Assembly (NCBI GenBank): GCA_018894495.1
Contig: JAHIOY010000066.1
Span: forward strand, 1-25,009
Length of the DNA: 25,009 nucleotides
Direction of reading: 5' to 3'
DNA from: Patescibacteria group bacterium
GTDB taxonomy: Bacteria > Patescibacteriota > Minisyncoccia > Minisyncoccales > JAHIOY01
The notes below the pieces were generated by a model. It was not told where the DNA came from. It saw only the letters and a list, made by a program, of their open reading frames with translations, and did no database searches. This document shows positions 22,845-25,009 of the stretch, piece by piece. Within the stretch, counting starts at the first letter, position 1. Each line of letters starts with the position of its first letter. A program made the translations under genes and the position numbers.

Positions 22845-24653
22845 TCAAACTTTTGGCAAGGTTAAGCCCTCTTGTTTTTGATATTTTCCCTTTCTGTCTT
22901 CGTAGGAAATTTCGCAGGGCTCGCTTCCTCTGATAAATATGATTTGACAAATACCTTCTTCTGCGTAAATTTTTGCCGGCAAGGGAGTGGTGTTTGAAAT
23001 TTCAACCGTAACATAGCCCTGCCAGCAATTGCTTGACCAACAAGCCTTGCCTTCTCTTCTAACATAGAGGGTGTGATTGGGAACGGTTACATCGTAGACA
23101 AAACCATCGTAATCTATTTTTGAAAATGAATTCTTATAAATCTTTGGGGTGAGATGTCTCTTGCTTATGCGAATTTTATATATATCATAATTGGGCTTTA
23201 TTAAATGACCTCTCAATTTTCTAACTGGAAAATCCTCTTTTGATATTCGCCTTACTATTGCCACCCAGCCACATTTTAATATTATTTCTTGTAAATCATC
23301 AGCTAATCTTTTAGAAGAAGTTGTAAAGGTGAGAGTCTGAGCATTTCCATCTCCTAACAAAATTGCTTCTAATAAAATTTTTAATTGCTCAAGCGGTAAA
23401 GATTTAATTTCTTTTGGAACAAATTTTTCAGGAGCATGACCAAATTGAAAAAGATAGGAGCAAAGCTGTTTGTTAATTATGGTAAAGCCTGTATTAGTTG
23501 GAAGGTAGTGAAAAGGAAGTTTCTTTAGCCAACTTTCTATTGTTGCTTTGGTATCCTTTTTAAATGCGGCAATTTTGACTATGTAATCGCCTGATCTTGA
23601 TTTATAAGCACTTCCCTCAGCGCACCATATCCCAAAGAACCTTAACCAATCATTTATAGGGATTTTGAGAGGAGAAAGAAAAAACGATAATTCTTTCTCT
23701 GGATAAACTTTTTCCCAGAGAGAAACTTTTATACTATGCCTGTTTATGATTTCTCTTTCGTATTCCCTTTGGAGATATCCTTGATTTTCTAATTTGGCTA
23801 AAGTCCATAAAAATTTTCTCGGCTTAATTTCCTCGCCACAATTTTCATATAACTCTTTGGTGGTTAAGGTATTGCTGCCCAAATCGTTTAAAATTTCTTT
23901 CTTGAGGATGTAACTTGGAAAAAATTTTTTATCTAATTCAATTGCTGGCAATTCAAAGTAATCTATTTTATTGCCTTTCCAAATCGCATCCCTCTTTAAT
24001 TCGTAATTATACTTCTTGTAAACCTCTTGAGCTGGTATAAACTCAAATTCTTTTCTCCATCTATTCCTCACTAAAAGCAAATGGGTTGAGGTTACTGCCA
24101 AATCTATATTTCTGCCCAAAATTCTTATGAGTTTTCCCTTATAGGAAAATTTATGAAATTTTAAAATTTTCTGGTATTCAAGTTCTTCTTTTTTATTTAG
24201 AGTAGCAATACTCTCTGTTCCTTTTAATTCATAAAATCTTTTCCAACCATCTAAGGTTAATATTTCTGTCTTTTCATCATAGCAGGGCTCCAATGGCGTA
24301 ACATTAACTATAATTCCGCAACGGGCATAGGTGGATTTTCCGAGACAGATGCCGATGACGTCTCTCGGAATCTTGAAATATTCAATGCTTCGGCCCAAGA
24401 CAAATGAATTGGGAGGAATTATACACACCTTGCCTTTGAAGTCCACGAATGATTTTGGGTCAAAATTTTTAGGGTCAACTATGGCATTATTGACATTAGT
24501 GAAAATCTTAAAATCATCGGCTATTCTAAAATCATAGCCGTAAGATGAAGCGCCAAAAGAAATCACTCCCTTTCTGACTTGGGACGCGGTAAAGGGCGCA
24601 ATCATTCCATATTTCTTCACATATTCTTTTATTTCTTTATCTGAAAGAACCAT
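22845..24653 (-). CDS. dcd: dCTP deaminase precursor with intein (183 aa after splicing)
   Basis: [25 protein letters not shown] | [24 protein letters not shown]. Confidence 0.96.
   Translation of the reverse strand: MVLSDKEIKEYVKKYGMIAPFTASQVRKGVISFGASSYGYDFRIADDFKIFTNVNNAIVDPKNFDPKSFVDFKGKVCIIPPNSFVLGRSIEYFKIPRDVIGICLGKSTYARCGIIVNVTPLEPCYDEKTEILTLDGWKRFYELKGTESIATLNKKEELEYQKILKFHKFSYKGKLIRILGRNIDLAVTSTHLLLVRNRWRKEFEFIPAQEVYKKYNYELKRDAIWKGNKIDYFELPAIELDKKFFPSYILKKEILNDLGSNTLTTKELYENCGEEIKPRKFLWTLAKLENQGYLQREYEREIINRHSIKVSLWEKVYPEKELSFFLSPLKIPINDWLRFFGIWCAEGSAYKSRSGDYIVKIAAFKKDTKATIESWLKKLPFHYLPTNTGFTIINKQLCSYLFQFGHAPEKFVPKEIKSLPLEQLKILLEAILLGDGNAQTLTFTTSSKRLADDLQEIILKCGWVAIVRRISKEDFPVRKLRGHLIKPNYDIYKIRISKRHLTPKIYKNSFSKIDYDGFVYDVTVPNHTLYVRREGKACWSSNCWQGYVTVEISNTTPLPAKIYAEEGICQIIFIRGSEPCEISYEDRKGKYQKQEGLTLPKV
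23028..24284 (-). mobile_element. 419-aa intein with LAGLIDADG endonuclease
   Basis: Block [11 protein letters not shown], block B VTSTH, LAGLIDADG blocks [10 protein letters not shown] and ILLGDGN, block [15 protein letters not shown]-terminus SSN followed by Cys+1. Confidence 0.95.
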
Positions 24654-24660
24654 ATTAATA

Positions 24661-24757
24661 AATCAACGAATAACGAATTCTTTACGAATATACGAATTTA
24701 AAAACTATATTATTCGTTATTCGTAAATTCGTAACATATTCGCTATTCGCTGATTTC
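24661..24757. repeat. Family C hairpin filling rplK-dcd gap
   Basis: aatcaacgaataacgaattctttacgaat ... attcgctattcgctgatttc; overlaps the last codons of rplK. Confidence 0.85.
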
Positions 24758-25009
24758 TATTCCCATATTTTTGGCCGTGCCCTCTATGATTTTGACAGCC
24801 GCTTCAATGTCTTCGGTATTTAGGTCAGGCATTTTTTGTTCAGCGATTTTTTTCAATTGCTCTCTGGTGATTTTACCAACTTTTTTCTTATTTGGCTCTC
24901 CCGACCCCTTTTCGATGCCGGCTGCTTTTTTGAGCAATTCAGAGGCCGGCGGCTGCTTCATTTTTAAATCATAAGTCCTGTCCTCATAAATGGTAATTTC
25001 AATCGGAAC
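24743..25009 (-). CDS. rplK: 50S ribosomal protein L11 (5'-truncated by window edge)
   Basis: [41 protein letters not shown]...KMPDLN...[10 protein letters not shown]. Confidence 0.97.
   Translation of the reverse strand, partial: VPIEITIYEDRTYDLKMKQPPASELLKKAAGIEKGSGEPNKKKVGKITREQLKKIAEQKMPDLNTEDIEAAVKIIEGTAKNMGIEISE

Overview
Core-genome segment of a low-GC bacterium, most likely Patescibacteria/CPR (Parcubacteria-like; standard stop codons, TGA ends miaB). The left end holds the 5' ~1.1 kb-equivalent of a minus-strand 16S rRNA gene. It is split by two group I introns (about E. coli positions 788 and 1060), each encoding a LAGLIDADG endonuclease, and its V1 and V2 regions carry long AT-rich hairpin insertions. 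Next come rpmF-nusB-rnc-rpsP and a small accessory island: DUF2283, a nonsense-interrupted DUF4258, a four-helix-bundle-like remnant, hicBA, a truncated RAYT-like transposase and an FN3 surface protein. The rest is rnhB, a beta-helix-like protein, dnaE, thrS, a secreted DUF5667/Kazal protein, miaB-miaA, gatB, thyX, tmk, an AbiEii-type TA pair, an intein-containing dcd and partial rplK. The most striking unannotated structure is a set of at least six small palindromic/heptamer-periodic hairpin families. They fill intergenic gaps, sit inside the 16S rRNA, and are inserted in frame in rnhB, thrS, gatB, miaA and miaB. One family links the rRNA insertions to the four-helix-bundle remnant by a 32-nt exact match. 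All calls come from reading the sequence; no searches were run, and E. coli rRNA numbering is estimated from conserved motifs.
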